64,000 bases of DNA from Vermamoeba vermiformis (taxonomy: Eukaryota): assembly GCA_045837725.1 (NCBI GenBank), contig JBEWZL010000006.1, positions 62,001-126,000 of the forward strand, written 5' to 3'. Positions 25,893 to 40,048 of the stretch are shown here, piece by piece (positions within the stretch are counted from its first letter, which is position 1; each line of letters starts with the position of its first letter). The translations under genes and the position numbers were made by a program. Under the pieces are notes generated by a model, which saw only the letters and a program-made list of their open reading frames with translations, was not told the DNA's origin and did no database searches.

Positions 25893-27525
25893 TTACTTAT
25901 TTCTCGCCATTCCGATCCGCAGGCTTGACCTCGGTAAATTTTCATCCGATGCAGGTCCAACTTCATATGAAGCTTCTGAAATGCCCGAAGCAGTTGTCGG
26001 CAAATTGGAATCGATGTCTTCGGAGCGTTCCGACGCGTCTAATAATTGCTGTTTGTTCGTTTCATCGCCGCCAACACCTTTGAAGAGTTTTTTGGTGCGC
26101 TGAAAAGATTCGAGTAAGATTATGTCATATAGATATAGTAAAGTACATATAAGTAAGTCATAATTTGCATTTGCGAGATGAAAATAATAATTACTAAACG
26201 AAATTTCGAATTTGCAGTGGATGCGGATCCGATCCATTTCGGCTCCAAAATTACCTTTTTAAATGACGAGAATAACCCGATGACGAGTGCAGCAGGCGCT
26301 ATCTCAGTGACCACGAGATAAAAGAACCAAATTACGAGGAAATCTGTTCGTGAAATTGTGCCGTCACGTCGCAATTGCATCAAGACAGTATTGAGCGTCA
26401 AAATGAAGATTGATTTGACAAGCATGCTGATAATAGCAAAGAATACTAGGGCTGAGGTCTATAAGATTATACAAGGTATTAGAAAGCTATTCAAGTTGGT
26501 TTGGGAACTAGATTCGGATTTGACTAAAATGGATCTTGCTTACTTTTTTAGTACGCGATTGTAATTCGGCGGAAAGAATTCGCATTCTTCTGAAAAATAC
26601 TAATAAGGAAATTCCAAAAGCAAGAGCGCCAGCTAAAAGTAATGCAGCCACAACGCAGATGTAGATGCCTTCCCATTTGCTGATTGTCGCGTAAGTTAGC
26701 TCCTCTTTTGGTGTAATTGCAATGACTATAAATAGGATCATTACGCCAATAACAAAGAAACCATAAATAGCCAAGTACGCGATCCAAAATAATCGTTTTG
26801 GCAATTTTTTCGACAGGGATCTGGTTCTAATGTAGATATGGACCCTATTATTTATTAATTAACGTTAATTATGCATAAATACCTTATTAAGAGCACTAAA
26901 TAAATCAATCTAATTATAGCAACACAATTTTTTTGTCCGCTGCCCGTAATTTGATAATTTTTTGTCTTGGCAATGGGAATTATAAGAATGCATACCATAC
27001 GCATACTAATAGGGTAACAATAGCCAAGAATAACATTTCGGGAAGCAGATCCATAAAGACTTGGGTTCGATAAGAGTCTTCGCGCGCAAAATTACTCCAG
27101 AACTCGACTGGAAGAAAGCAATATACAGCGCGAACTATAATATAGAATGAATAAGTTATACTGCATTAAATGATACCCATTACTATAGTAAATAATTAGT
27201 TCTTACCAAATGAAAAAGCGAAGGTTTGGAATAACATCATTTTTTTGGCTTCAATTCGGCGTTTTCGCGTGAAAAAGAAAATCAGCATCGCCAAGGCAAC
27301 CGCGGCTGTCTAAATAATACTGTAATTAATTTAATTTTTTTTGATTTATTTAATTTAATTTTGCGTCCGGATTTCGAGACTTACGGTTATATATAGCGCT
27401 CCAAGCAGCCTGTTCAATATTAATGCTGTGGAAGGACCTGACGGAGGCGCAACAGGGGCTGCGACGGGCATAGTTTCATTCATGAAGGGCGCTGCAGCCG
27501 GATCGAACGCCGTTGGACCCGACAT
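25893..27525 (-). CDS. Seven-TM protein, THH1/TOM1/TOM3 (GPR137-like) family
   Basis: Spliced hydrophobic helices; FMDLLPEMLFLAIVTLLVCVW, FFYLVVTEIAPAALVI; acidic C-tail. Confidence 0.7.
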
Positions 27526-27801
27526 CCAGAAGTGTCGCGTTATTTATATATAAAAATTACTATTCTTTTTATTAGACCTTGAGTGGTCTTAACAAAAATA
27601 AGAATTGAATAAAACCAAAATTAATCTCGTAACGGAGTTTGACATTTTGATGACACGCGTCAAAGATTTGTCAACGTGTACTCGCATGGATTGTTCGAGA
27701 AGTTCTTTATGCTCCATGGATTATAAAAATATTCATTTAAAGCAAAGTCTCGTTTAGTAACGCATGACTTGGATCAGGTGTTAACAAACAGATTTGGACT
27801 T

Positions 27802-30800
27802 TTATTTCTTCTTCGACATGGTTTTGTGCTTCGATCCACCTTCTTCGACCATTCTTTCTTTGACTGGCAATCCCTATACAAACTGGTGAGTACGTCCGCG
27901 TACTTGATGGAGTCTCACGGGTGCTTGAAGTGAGCGTCCCTATCGCTGCTTACCTTTCGTTTGCGAACCAAATCAACGTGTTTTCTAGCAATATTAACGC
28001 CAATAGCAACAATATTGTCGCCGTATTGTTCGATCTCTTCTTCGGTCAACGGCACGAAGTTCGGATCTTCGTTGAGCACTTTCCAGCCCCAGTATTGCAA
28101 CTGACTATGTGCTGCACCTGATGTCTTTGCGAACATATCTACGAATAATATTATTAGAATAAAGCCAACGGACGGATCTTAGTTGTTTTGGATGTACCTT
28201 CAACGAATCCGATCGACTCCACTGCTGGTAGTAAAGCTTGAACGGAGTACACATAACTTCCTTCTTTGATTTCTTCACGCAAAATGTCTGCTCGACGCTT
28301 TGACAGCACACCATAAGCCTTGCCCAAGTTTTCAGATCCGTCAATCATCAAGTCGCACAAGTACATGACTTCAACTAAGCGTTGACTGTGACGAGCAAAA
28401 GACTTTCTGCATGCCTATAGCATTCATATATAGTTAGTTAATGAATAAAAGACATGACCGGAGTGAGATCCGGATCTACGTGAGAGCTCGATTTCCTTTT
28501 ATGGCAAGTGCGAACGTACCTCTTTGACAGTTGAAATGACTTGACCAGCAAAAGGACCGTGTCGCTCGTCGTCAGATTCTTCTTGTTGAGTGAACTTGAC
28601 ATCTGTCACAATGAAGGCCACGCCCATCATTGGCTCCTCACACAACGGTCCACCTTGCGTGGCCAATTGAAATCCCGTGATGATGCTGTTGTCCAATTGT
28701 TGCAACTCTTGCAATTCTTTCAACGAGTACTTGGAGTTCTCAGGCCCGGCTTGTCCTTCGCTAGCTTTGACTTCTGACTCCGCAATCTGAGTTTCAGTCT
28801 CGCGCAAGGCCACGGTCTTCCAGTACTTCGACGTGGAATAGAACGGAACTTTGTTCAGCAAGAGGTTGGCGCCAACTCTGTGCGGTCCAAACGACCAGAT
28901 GTGATCGAATTCTTTCTCCCACTCTTGGCCTGCTGCTTTAAATGCTTGCAACAAGTCACTGCGGTACTCTTCGGTGATTTTGCTTTGTTCGCTCTTGGAT
29001 TGACCCTAAAGAATATCATGGATTAGAAATTGAAATGCACTTGTTGGATCGAGATCTGACGTACTCTAACACGATCCACGAAGCGTCTAGTACGATCGTT
29101 ATTAGCCTCCAAGAAGTCCGTGATCTGCTTTGGCAGTGGCTTGGAGGTGATAGTGATCGTTAGGTGCTTGTTAGCTGTTGAAGCCGTAATGTCAAATGTC
29201 ATCGTCTTGTCACGTGGCTCGTGCTGGGCATTGCTCAAGTCAATCACCGCGTCTTCATCTTCGTTACGCTTAGCTTGTTGATGCTGGTGTTGAAGTTCTT
29301 GTGCGGCTTTCTCTTCCTTTCGGAACTCTTCAATGTACAATCGATCGAACTCTGCTGTGATTGTTTCTCTAAAGGGCACCAACGGGCGTGAAACATTGAA
29401 CGGCACTTTAGCGTACAGCTCGCCTAGGTCTTTCAAACAATGGTTCAAGTGCACTTCACCACTAGCAGCCACGATCATTTCGCCACTGGCCTCGTGATAG
29501 GTCAGCACACCAGGGTCACTCAAGTTCAACAACTTCATGCCACGGAGCAAGGCCAACAAATCTGAAGGGTTCTTGGGCTCGACAGCGACACGGATGATCG
29601 GTGCCACTTGGTTCTTGATGCCTTCCATCGTGTTGCACACTTCCACGCTGCTGAGAGTGGCGGTCTTAACGATGACAGGCTCTGCTGGGACATTGGTAGT
29701 AGCGCCGTTGGTGTTGTTGGCATCACCAACAGGACGGTCGATAAAGTTGCTTTCAGCGGGCAAAGCAATGCCAAAGACACAGCCAGCCGGCACGGAGGAC
29801 AGTCGAACCATGCCGCGACCCATCAACATGAACAAGTCCTTCACGGTCAACATGTTGTGGAACTTGCTCGGGTTGAGTGGGTTGTATTTAGGCCCGAGCA
29901 CGTGTATCGTTGCGTCTTGTTTCAAAGTTCCGCTGAAAATTCTGGCGAGAGCAATCAACGTGTGACCATCAGGGTCCAATTGAACGCGTGGCTGTTGCAC
30001 TGGTTCTTCAGTCTTAGGTGCGTTAGGATCTCGTCGTGGAGGTACACGTGGTCTGCTAACATCGATCAAAAGATCGTTCTTGACTGAGAACACTTTCGAC
30101 ACAAAGGCCACAATCTCGCCGTTGGGATTGCAGTCCAGCATGTCTTGCTTGAGTTTCTTGGTTTGTTCTGAGGATGCGAATGTTAAGAATCATTACCAAA
30201 TATGGAAATTACGATGTTTTTACCCTTTTGGGCGTCGCTGAGTTCTCCGCGGATCGGGCGCCAAAGTCCGGGAATGCGTATCTTTTGGGCGACTTTAGGG
30301 TCGGGAATTTGATCGACGACCATGTCTAAATAAGGAAAGTGAGTAAATTATTGCAAACATTATTTTTTTCGTACCTAATAAGGCCTTTGAAATGGGCAAC
30401 CAACGAGTCATAACGGATTGCAAAACATTGTTCGAGTCTTCATTGCGCAATTCTTTCTCGGTGACTTTGAGCTCCAATGCCTTGACGATTTTTTCAATCT
30501 TGGTTTGATCTCTATTAATTTTAACGGCGTTGTAGACGTCCCAAATGTTCTTCAAAACTAATTGCGCGAATAACGGCATTGGTCTTGATTGACCTTGAGG
30601 AGGTTTGTTATAGACCTTCTTAGTCTTAGGGTTCAAGTAGAAGTCGCCCCAAAGTGTTTTTTCGAGCAACGACTTGCGCATCCCGAGTTTTCTCGCGTAA
30701 AGAGCGCAAAACTGATCGATCTTGAAGCCCCATCCATGGTAAGCACTAGCGAATGCAACGTTGCCATATAAAGGACTGAAATAGACTTCTTCGTCCTTAA

Positions 30801-31605
30801 GCTCTTCTTCGTCGTTCTTTTCCATAATGAGATCCTCATCGGCCAAATCTGGTTTGTTCAGTGCGTTCATCTTCAATTCGAGGTTCTTAAATTCATCTTC
30901 GGCTCTAAGTGATCCAGCCAATTGGTTTACAGTCTCTAATATCTTCTTAATGTGGATGTAAGCGTCGATCGGATCCATGTTGAGCTGCTCGATCAGTTTG
31001 TCCATCTTATTGATTACTAAGACTACTTTAAGTCTCTCCATCCAAGCTGATCTTAATACGACTTTAGTTTGAATGCAAACGCCTTCAATAACGTCTACAA
31101 TCAAAACTGCACCGTCGCTGACTCGTAAAGCAGATCCGACTTCGGATGTGAAGTCCACGTGGCCAGGACTATCGATTAAATTCACTAAGTATCTATCTTT
31201 AGGAATATTAACCACATTATTTTCGCTATTTTGGTCTTCGCTGGTCTTCGGTGCCGAATCCGTAGATGGCGAAGGCTTTTCATGAAGTAAAGCAATAGAA
31301 CTGGATTTCATAGTAATTCCTCGCTCTTGCTCTTCTTGCGTGTAATCTAAATACCGAATTTTGCCTGCTGATTTGCTGGAAATAATTCCATTTGTTGAGA
31401 TCAAGCAATCCGACAACGTAGTCTTGCCTAGCCGAAAAATAAATTCCTATTAATTTTGCGTACGAATATATATGCCTTTTTATACGGCCTCATAACTAAT
31501 TGAACGTTTCTTACCGTGATCTACGTGCGCAATAATGCTGATATTTCGGATCCTTTCTGTTTGCGATTGAAGCGCAATTAAATCTTCGTTTGATACTCGA
31601 ATCAT
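27802..31605 (-). CDS. EFL1: Elongation factor-like GTPase 1 (RIA1), 60S maturation
   Basis: [83 protein letters not shown]; long EFL1-type insertions. Confidence 0.93.
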
Positions 31606-32366
31606 TTTCTTATATGTCTAATAGTAAACGTACGTTAATGATAGATGTAAATAAGGTTGGATAAGATAGATCCTGTTTTTCTGATCGCGGATCCAAAATA
31701 AAAATTATTTCTCAAAATTTGCATTGCACTTTATATTACCTCCATTTCTTATTATAATACAATTCGAATTAATATCAATATTTACAATTTTTGGAATAAA
31801 AATACATTGGATGTCGTCGTGTTACCAACAAACAAAATTCAAGAATAAGAAAGACGCTCTTTATATTAAGTACGATAAGAAAAGTTGCAGAATTCGCCGT
31901 TGTCCACCCTCGGTACCAGACGTTCTCGTAAAATTATTGATCTAATTGGAACCGAGAAGAACAACAGAAATGGAGATATTTGGTCTTTAACACTCCTTAC
32001 CTATGATATGCTATTACAATTAAATTGACGCGGTACTTGTGGTCTACCGGCGAAAAGGACGTGAAAAACTCCGATCGAGAAAAACGGTGATTTATTTTAT
32101 TTTTTTGTTTGTCAACATTCCAACAAGAGGAAGCATGATATGAACACGATACAGCTAAAATATTTGCTTGTTCCATTTATGTATAGTGCAGGGATAGATA
32201 GCCAGCAAAACGTAAAATAATTTTAGTTATGAAATAATTGGTAATTTGTTTTTTGTTTTTGCGCAAGTGTTGTAGGTAAGCCCTTCAAATTAATTCAGTC
32301 ATTTACATTACATTTTGTACAAGAATACAATAATTTACAACAGTCTTTTAAGACGGGCAAGTTGAA

Positions 32367-34226
32367 TTACTTCGGCAACAGATCTGTTTCTTTAACCGCT
32401 TCCATGAGGAATTTCCAGGCAAATTCAAAACCTCGTGGAGTCATTGAAAAAGTACGATAACTGTCCTTAAGGTAGAAAGGACGATAAGACGTTGAAAACA
32501 TGATCGATCCGCAGAATGGATCGCTGACTGTGTGGCAGTCCTGCGTAATTTTGTCTTTCTCTATTCGTAATCTTTCTTTTTCGGTGAGTCTTGATTTTTC
32601 AGTATTATCTCGGCAATTACGGACTTTCTCGAGGACTTCAAATTCGTTGAAAAATTGTTGAAGTTTCTTAACGTCAGGATAACGCAGTGTCTTCTCATAA
32701 AACTTTGTAATTTTGTTTCCGCCAGTTCGTCGGTATAGCTCTAGCGATAATTCCCCGTCGAAGAAGACTCGGAATCGAACTGTTTCTCGGCGAGCCTTTT
32801 TGCTTGTACATCCACCAAAGTACATCGAAAAAATGCAAGACATGCCTTCGTCTTTCAAACTTGACTGAAGTTTAATCGGCTGGATTAAGAGTGGATTCCT
32901 ATTTAATGAAAATATTCCGATCAGATCGGATCCAGCAACGAGATTAGTCAGTTTCTTACCAAGGAGTGGAAAATGTAGCAGTAGAGGCCCAATCATTCAT
33001 TTCATATCGAGTCAGCGAGCCAGTCATTGCATTTGATACTAGTCGAATTATTTTCGTTATCGCGTCTTTTTTGTAGTCATTTGTAACGACGGATGCAACT
33101 TCTTCTTTATACTGCACTTCCTTTGTCACAATTAAGTGCTGGATCTGATACGTCTCTGAAATAAATAGGTAGAGTAAGTACGAGTTGTAGGGCTCGTAAA
33201 CCTAGCATCCAGGAAATTTCGCGAAAATAAAATTGATAAAATTTTGTACTGGCGATACAGCTCGAATTGGCAGGCATAAGTTATTTCAAGCTTAATAATG
33301 CCATGCTTGTTATGTTATAATAAAGTCACTTACTCTTCGCATCGTGTGAGACGTACGTTGCTCGAAAGCTTCGGTGATCTTCGTTGTTTTCTTCTTTAGG
33401 AAATACTACTGACTTGGCATGCTTAGGATAGACTAAGATATCTCTTAAGTCGAAAAAAAGCTTCGGATCGCGCTTGAGTCGGAATTCTCTCCTTTTTCCA
33501 GCTCTACACCAGACGTAGGAGTACTGAATGTTGCCCCATATATCGACGTATATTTCGAGGACTGTACTAGGGGAGGCAGAATGGCATATATCGATTTTGA
33601 TAACGTTGCCAGGTCGTTGGTCCAAAAACTCCGGATTCGCTTCATTGTGGATCACATCGTTAGTTAGAAATGAATTGACGAGACTAATCTTCAATGAATT
33701 ATCTGCGTTATCTCTAGCTATAAACAATGCTTCTCCATTGACCTCTCTAATCTTCATTACAGTTGCGGTGTCGGATGCAGATTCCGTGTAGCGATGGATC
33801 CTTTCTTCGTTTTTCAATCCAGCTTGGTAATATTCTTTGAATTGTAATATTTCTTTTATACTGTTGAACTCGTAGTCCCGAACAACGTCTCCTCCGCCAC
33901 CGTAAATCTGGCCTCGACGGAACATCCACCACTCATCCCGCATGAGCAGAGCGATCATTGGATGAACAATCTTCTCGCGAAATTCTTTGTACCAGTACTT
34001 GCAAGATAAAGCTACTGCCATCGCTCCTCTCCAGTTACTTTGAAGCACGATCGGCCTCATTAGATCCGCTGGAAAGATACCAAGCGAGCCTAAATTTGAT
34101 TTTAGTATTTATATCGATATACTTATTAATATGGCCCTTAAATTGAGTGATTTACGCTGTTCAATTATTTGTTGCTGAATTCTCGATCAGATCGCACTTA
34201 CAATTATCAAGTAGAATGCACTCCAT
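32367..34226 (-). CDS. F-box-like hypothetical protein locus (one gene or two; junction near 33160-33330 unresolved)
   Basis: First exon MECILLDN at 34226 splices to SLGIFPADLMRPIVLQSNWRGAMAVALSCKYWY (F-box pattern); long ORFs 33326-34060 and 32367-32899 with GT-AG signals. Confidence 0.5.
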
Positions 34227-34469
34227 TATTAAATCGTGAGCCGAATGCTACCTAACTATCATGCAATTGTGTTAATTCGTCCAAGGACGGGAACGAGAAT
34301 AGGCAGGATATTAAATTTAGGTTTTGTTCCTCCCTTTCTCGTCAATTTCGCGAGTTTGGTGGGACCAACAGAACACTAAAAATAATTGATTAAACTCTTC
34401 ACACGATATGAATACTTATAGAGGCCCGTAGAGATTTAATTTTTTCGGTCCAAAAAAAACAGCCTTATT

Positions 34470-34824
34470 TTATTCATTAAATGTTTCAAAAACTTTAAAA
34501 TAATAGCACAAAGGGTGCCATATTATTTGGGTCGTAGTCGAACGTTCTGCAGGTAAGCTGCTTTTGTTCTAAAAGATACCATTTATACGAGTTTTTGAAG
34601 CGGATAATATCATACGCACGTAGCATTATTTTAAAAATATTTTTCTATAATTGATGAGTAAAAAAATGACTTACATCCGAGCTGCTGTAAAAACACAATT
34701 GATCGGCATCTAGCTCACAGTAATATTTTTTCCACGTCTTTCTAGATAAATAACCAGTGAATCTGATATCGTAGCCACTAGATTTTTTGGTGGCTGTTCG
34801 AGCCTCGACATCAGGTCCTTGCAT
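34470..34824 (-). pseudogene. Truncated PH-domain-like gene fragment
   Basis: FTGYLSRKTWKKYYCELDADQLCFYSS resembles PH strands 1-3; after one intron it stops without the rest of the domain. Confidence 0.4.
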
Positions 34825-34990
34825 TCCCGCCCAAAATGGCGTCGCTTGATTCATTTTTCCTGGGCCAAATTTTCTCGGCGGATTCAGCCTGCCACCGTAG
34901 AAACCGTGGAGCAATCACGTGATTCCGAGTTTATTTGTGTCCGAAAAAGCGAATTCAATCGCCAATTCGCCTTCCGTCACACAACAACAA

Positions 34991-36071
34991 ATGAATCAAA
35001 AACGGCTTGCCATAAGATCGTATGTTATTATTCTCGTATATTTAGCAAAGTTAAACCAAGGTAAAGTTAAATTGAATTCACGAGCGGTTTCTAACATTGA
35101 TTCATTAAGCTCAACAATGCTCATCCGACCAATTTTCGGTGAGGAATAATAACGGCGAAGAATATCTGACAATATCTACTCCAACTGAAGTCAGAACTTG
35201 CGGAGGACTTAACATCTGTGACGAGATCAAAAATGGAAAACAGTCCTTATCCATTGGAAGTAACGGCGAGTTGCAGATTAGCAGTGGCAACTCAGTCCAG
35301 CTTCCTGACTCTTCAGCGACTAACGAATTGCAGTCTCTCACGCTCTCTTCTGATGGAGAATTAGGCATCTCCAGTGGAAATTCAGTGAAACTTCCTGACT
35401 CTTCGCAAACTAACGAATTGCAGTCTCTCACGCTCTCTTCTGATGGACAGTTAGGCATCACTAATGGAAATTCGGTGAAACTTCCTGACTTTTCACCAAT
35501 TAATGAATTGCAGTCTCTCACGCTCTCTTCTGATGGGCAGTTAGCCATCTCCAGCGGAAATTCAGTCCAGCTTCCTGACTCTTCGCAAACTAATGAACTG
35601 CAGTCTCTCAACCTCTCTTCTGACGGACAATTGGGCATCTCCGGTGGAAATTCAGTGCAACTCCCAACAACCTGGACCAAATTTTGGAAGCAAAGCAAAT
35701 CTGATACTATGTCTATTCAACCAACGTGGACCACTCTGACAGGCTACGTCGTTCCATTTACGGTATTAAGCAATACCAGTGCCTTTCTTATTAGCACTAA
35801 TGTTCGGTTTGCGCTAAATCCCTCTGTTAGCGCACTTACACTCAGCTTTATTATCGCTAATGAAGTTAACACCCATGTTGATTACGTCGACTTTTACAAC
35901 ACGGATTATCAGCCGCCAGTGACGAGTGTAATGACGTCTCAATCTATGGTAGCACTTGGCTTGGATCCAGGAAATTATAGAGCTGAAGTACAAGTTGTAA
36001 CGAATATAGCGACTACTCTTACCTTCTCTACTAGTAACGCAAGGCTCACTGTATCAAAGATATCCGATTAA
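34991..36071 (+). CDS. Putative secreted protein with 30-aa TNELQSLTLSSDGQLGISSGNSVxLPDS repeats and a beta-rich C-terminal domain
   Basis: Signal-peptide-like exon 1 (MNQKRLAIRSYVIILVYLAKLNQA), intron 35061-35109, then a 310-aa ORF. Confidence 0.75.
35245..35666 (+). repeat. Coding 90-bp tandem repeat (~4.5 copies)
   Basis: Near-identical units start at 35322, 35412, 35502 and 35592, with a diverged partial unit upstream. Confidence 0.95.
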
Positions 36072-36168
36072 ATAAAACGTTATTTACTCGTTAATAATGC
36101 ATCAGGAGTGAAGCGAAATGCTTTTTTTATTGGTGAGGCTCTTGGTACTGGCTCGAAGATGGTCCCAA

Positions 36169-39100
36169 CTATTCCGAATCTGACTCAAAAATGAATTCTT
36201 TCATGAACACGGCGCTTATATCCAGCGGCAACGTCTTCATAAGTGACTTGGCCCTAATTCTTAGGTCTGTAGCTGAAGTGTCAAATTAGTTGCATTAAAC
36301 AAGTCAACGTACCTTCGATCGCTACTCCCGTTCGAAATTTTATTCGGATCCGTAAGTCCTGCACGATAAATTACTCCGTATTTTTTATTTGTATAGGCAT
36401 ACCTGGAAATTTTGATGGTCTATTCTTGAACTAAGTATCGCGCAAACTCGTGTAGCGTCGTTCTGCATCCGTTAGCCAAATTTAAATTTGATTTAAATAT
36501 TATACCTTATCTTCTTCGCTCCCTGCTTCAAAAGATTCGACAATCCAATTGTCTAGCGTTGAATCATGAACAGAAGCCGATGATATGTCTTTAGATCTCA
36601 ACGCCAAGATCAAGCCGATGAAAGACGCAAACTAAAAGGTGCATAATTAGCAATCCATATTCTATTGTATTAATTATACTTACTGATACGGGTAAAGGAT
36701 ATGGTTCAGCATACGCGAGCTTCAGGCAATCAATTAAGCCGGAGAGCTCAGCTCTGTTTACCACCGGGTTGAGCAACATGGATCTCGCAGCCTAAGCATA
36801 AGTTAGCTACTCAAATAAGCCAAATGATAGTAGCCGACAAGCCCATCTTACTGTAATGATAAGGGAGGTATAATCGATATGTCTTCTGTATCGAGCATCC
36901 ATGTTTCTGCTGCTCGAGATCCGTGCCCTAACGACTTCAATAGTCTTCTTCGCGAAAAAAGCTCGTTGTCCGAACGACAAAGAAGGTACAAGATCTTCAT
37001 ATAGCATATTAATAGGACCGACTTTGCTCTTTTTGTAGTGGTCTTGAGATTGGTACTGGAGGCAACAAGTTAAAATTTTTGCTCGAGTGCCTAACATTTT
37101 GGGATCGGATCTGAGATCCATCGCAATATGAATCAGACTCTTAATACCCGCTTTGCATAAGGCATCCTTGTCCGGCTAAATAGCTGTCGTTAAAACCGAT
37201 TGACTAATTACGTAATAAGTTCTTACCCTCGTAATTTTGAGGTACGAATGAAACACCTTAATTTGAGGTTTGATTTCTGGCTCATTTTTGAACAATCCGC
37301 GGATAAATTCCATCGTATTTTGATCGATTTGTTCTTTTTTGCAAGCCTTCTTTAATCTCCGATATCTTTTTCGAATTTTCTTTTCGTCTTGGGGCTCGGT
37401 GGTCGGTTCCTTTGTTTCGAGTAACTTGAATAGCTCCAATATAGCCGATATCATGCTATTAATTTCTTCAGTTTTGTTCTGATTCTTGAAAACCTCGTAA
37501 AATATGTCGCCACAAAACGCGTACAAGTGCGCCATCGAAATTGCCTTGTTTTCCTTTGCCTCTTCGATAAACTTAATGACATCGTCTTGAAATTTCATGC
37601 CGAGGGCGTTATAACCTAATTAATAGCGTTCAACCAAATCAGTACTTATATGAAAATTTGGCGGACATCACGTACCAGCGCGGATGTAGAATGAAATGTA
37701 CTGTTCTGGAGAGCTGGGTGGGAAACTGGACTTAAGGCATTCATATGCCCTTTTTAATATTCTAATGTCCTAAATAAAAGCGCGTTATGTAACAAATGCC
37801 AATTTTAATAATTTTTTTCTTACTGTCATTCGTTCTTTCCAAATAAAGGCAATTTTATGTATGTATTTGACATTTCTCAAAATAGAATCAGACATAGAGC
37901 CGTTGATACTCATTGCCAGCCCACATCGACTTGTGAATTTTTCGATCTGCTTGTTCGATATGAATTCACTCGGAAATCTCGAGACTAACCTATAGACAGG
38001 TTCCATAATGTAATAATATCTATATACAAGTTAGTTATCAAGAAAAATACTAAAATGTACCGTGGGACAATACCTTGTTCGCGCCCTTTGTTCAGCGGAG
38101 CACAACAACTCGTCAAATAAAAAGCTCACGTCACGCTTTTTCAACTCTAACTGTTGCTTTGACAATAACAATTTGACCGCGAGGACCAAGCCTGCATAGC
38201 GCACGTCCTCGGACTTCTTGCGTAACGCTTCAAGGGCCAAACTACAATTCGGTAATTAGACAAAATATAAATATCTTAATATCGTGGTGAAAATATGTGC
38301 AGTCTCTTTGAAAGGGAAAGGGCTGCAGTCGTAATCGTTACTGTGAAAAAATTGTTGACACGTGTCAAAATGTCAAAAGTGTCAAAAAACTTACGCAATT
38401 AACCTAGCAGGCAGTTGATGCGTATCATTTAGCATCTGGAACACACCAATCGCTGACGTTTGTTGCAGCTCGTTGTCTGTTTCATGAAAACTCTCGAGAA
38501 TGATGTCCGACAAATACTCGATCATTTCTAAATAAGGAAATTCTCGTTAATGACACTGAATGATCGTTAAAGTTTCGTACCGTTTAATTGCGGGGAATTT
38601 TTGTTCAAAAGCGGAAAAACGATGCAGCTGCCGAATTCTCTGCTCGGGTAGATCCAATCCCAATGATCACGCCACTGATCATTTTGTCTCGGTTCTTCTT
38701 CAACACCATGTTGTATCATTTGTAATACTAGGTTCTTAAACACCGCTTTTGATTCTTCGTTGTATTCTTGGATCAGCTGAAATTGTTTGCACGTGCTATG
38801 AAAATATTCGTATTGTAATTCAGGAACGTCAAGTTCTTGTGATATTTTCCATAACTGCTTAATTAATCTAAAAATTATAATTAGTATTTATATAATCAGA
38901 ATACTGTTAGACTTACTCAAGATCCGCCGAATCCGATCCGAAATACTCCATGTTCGAAAAGTAGGCAGCTGTATGCGATAAAAGGCCAAGTTTTCTATTG
39001 CTTATAAATATAGGCAGCAATTTAAGCAAAAAACTCGTTAAACTGTACTCGAAGTGGTGGATGTACTTGAAAAATTGTTGAAAGTTCTCGACCGACAATT

Positions 39101-39814
39101 CGGAGTTCTCTATCTAACCAAATCGAAGGTATTATAATACTATATGAATATATGATATGTATTTTAGATCTCTTACCAGGAAATCACGCTCCATCTCCTT
39201 CCATTCGTTAACCTCGTGGAGGATCAAGCAAAAATAAGATCTGAATAACAATAAATTTAGTGTATAATGCTGTATCGGTGCGATATATATATACCTGAGA
39301 CTATAGTATGTTTCCCAATCCGCCTCATTGCCATCTAAAGTAATAACGTCGATTGTTAACTACCAGTCCAGAGATGTGACCGGTTAAACGACTTACCTGA
39401 TGGAAACACGTATGGATGGGCATTATCATACATCCACTTTTTATTTGTAATGTTTTTTATTGGCAAATCTTCGCCCCATCGAGCGAAGCAAGCTGATCTC
39501 CAAAACTGCCTATTCCGGGTGACGTTTCTGAACCTCGAACAGACTAAAAAATATTTTTATTTAATTTGCAATATTAAATAAACGAATAAGAATGCAAAAA
39601 TTTTAAGTTAGGGTTTTCTAGAAATAAAAAAGAAAATACATCCGTAAAATAATTCAATTTAGCAAGATGTCGTACCACCTATTTCAGGCGAGTAGGCTAA
39701 AATTTGTTGCAGCAACTCGTCAGGGAGCATATCAAAGTAATTTAATTGAGACTTGATCCGTTTGGTGGATCTATCGTCGATCGAGTCCTTCGCGGGTCTT
39801 TTGTTACTACGCAT
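36169..39814 (-). CDS. Large multi-exon F-box protein with helical C-terminal region
   Basis: NLS-like KRPAK..KRIK, F-box YFDMLPDELLQQILAY...VCSRFRNVTRNRQFWRSAC; many short GT-AG introns; exon structure approximate. Confidence 0.65.
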
Positions 39815-40048
39815 GATTAAATATACAACTACGCATGCAAACTCGAGTGCCACACAGTTTTGAAGTGGTACTAGTGTGTCAGCTCAAAATAGAAAAGTGT
39901 GCAAACGAAAAAAAAAATTAACGCGCCAACCCTGGTTAATTTTTTTAACCATTAGACCACGATTTAAGCACAACATAACGACAGTACTAATAACTATATA
40001 ATTTGCACGCTGCCAATTTTGTGTTCAACCAACGACTGTGGCTTGTTA

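Noticed and set aside
35111-35698. 195-aa antisense ORF with Cys/Glu repeats
   Set aside because: Shadow of the 90-bp coding repeat on the plus strand
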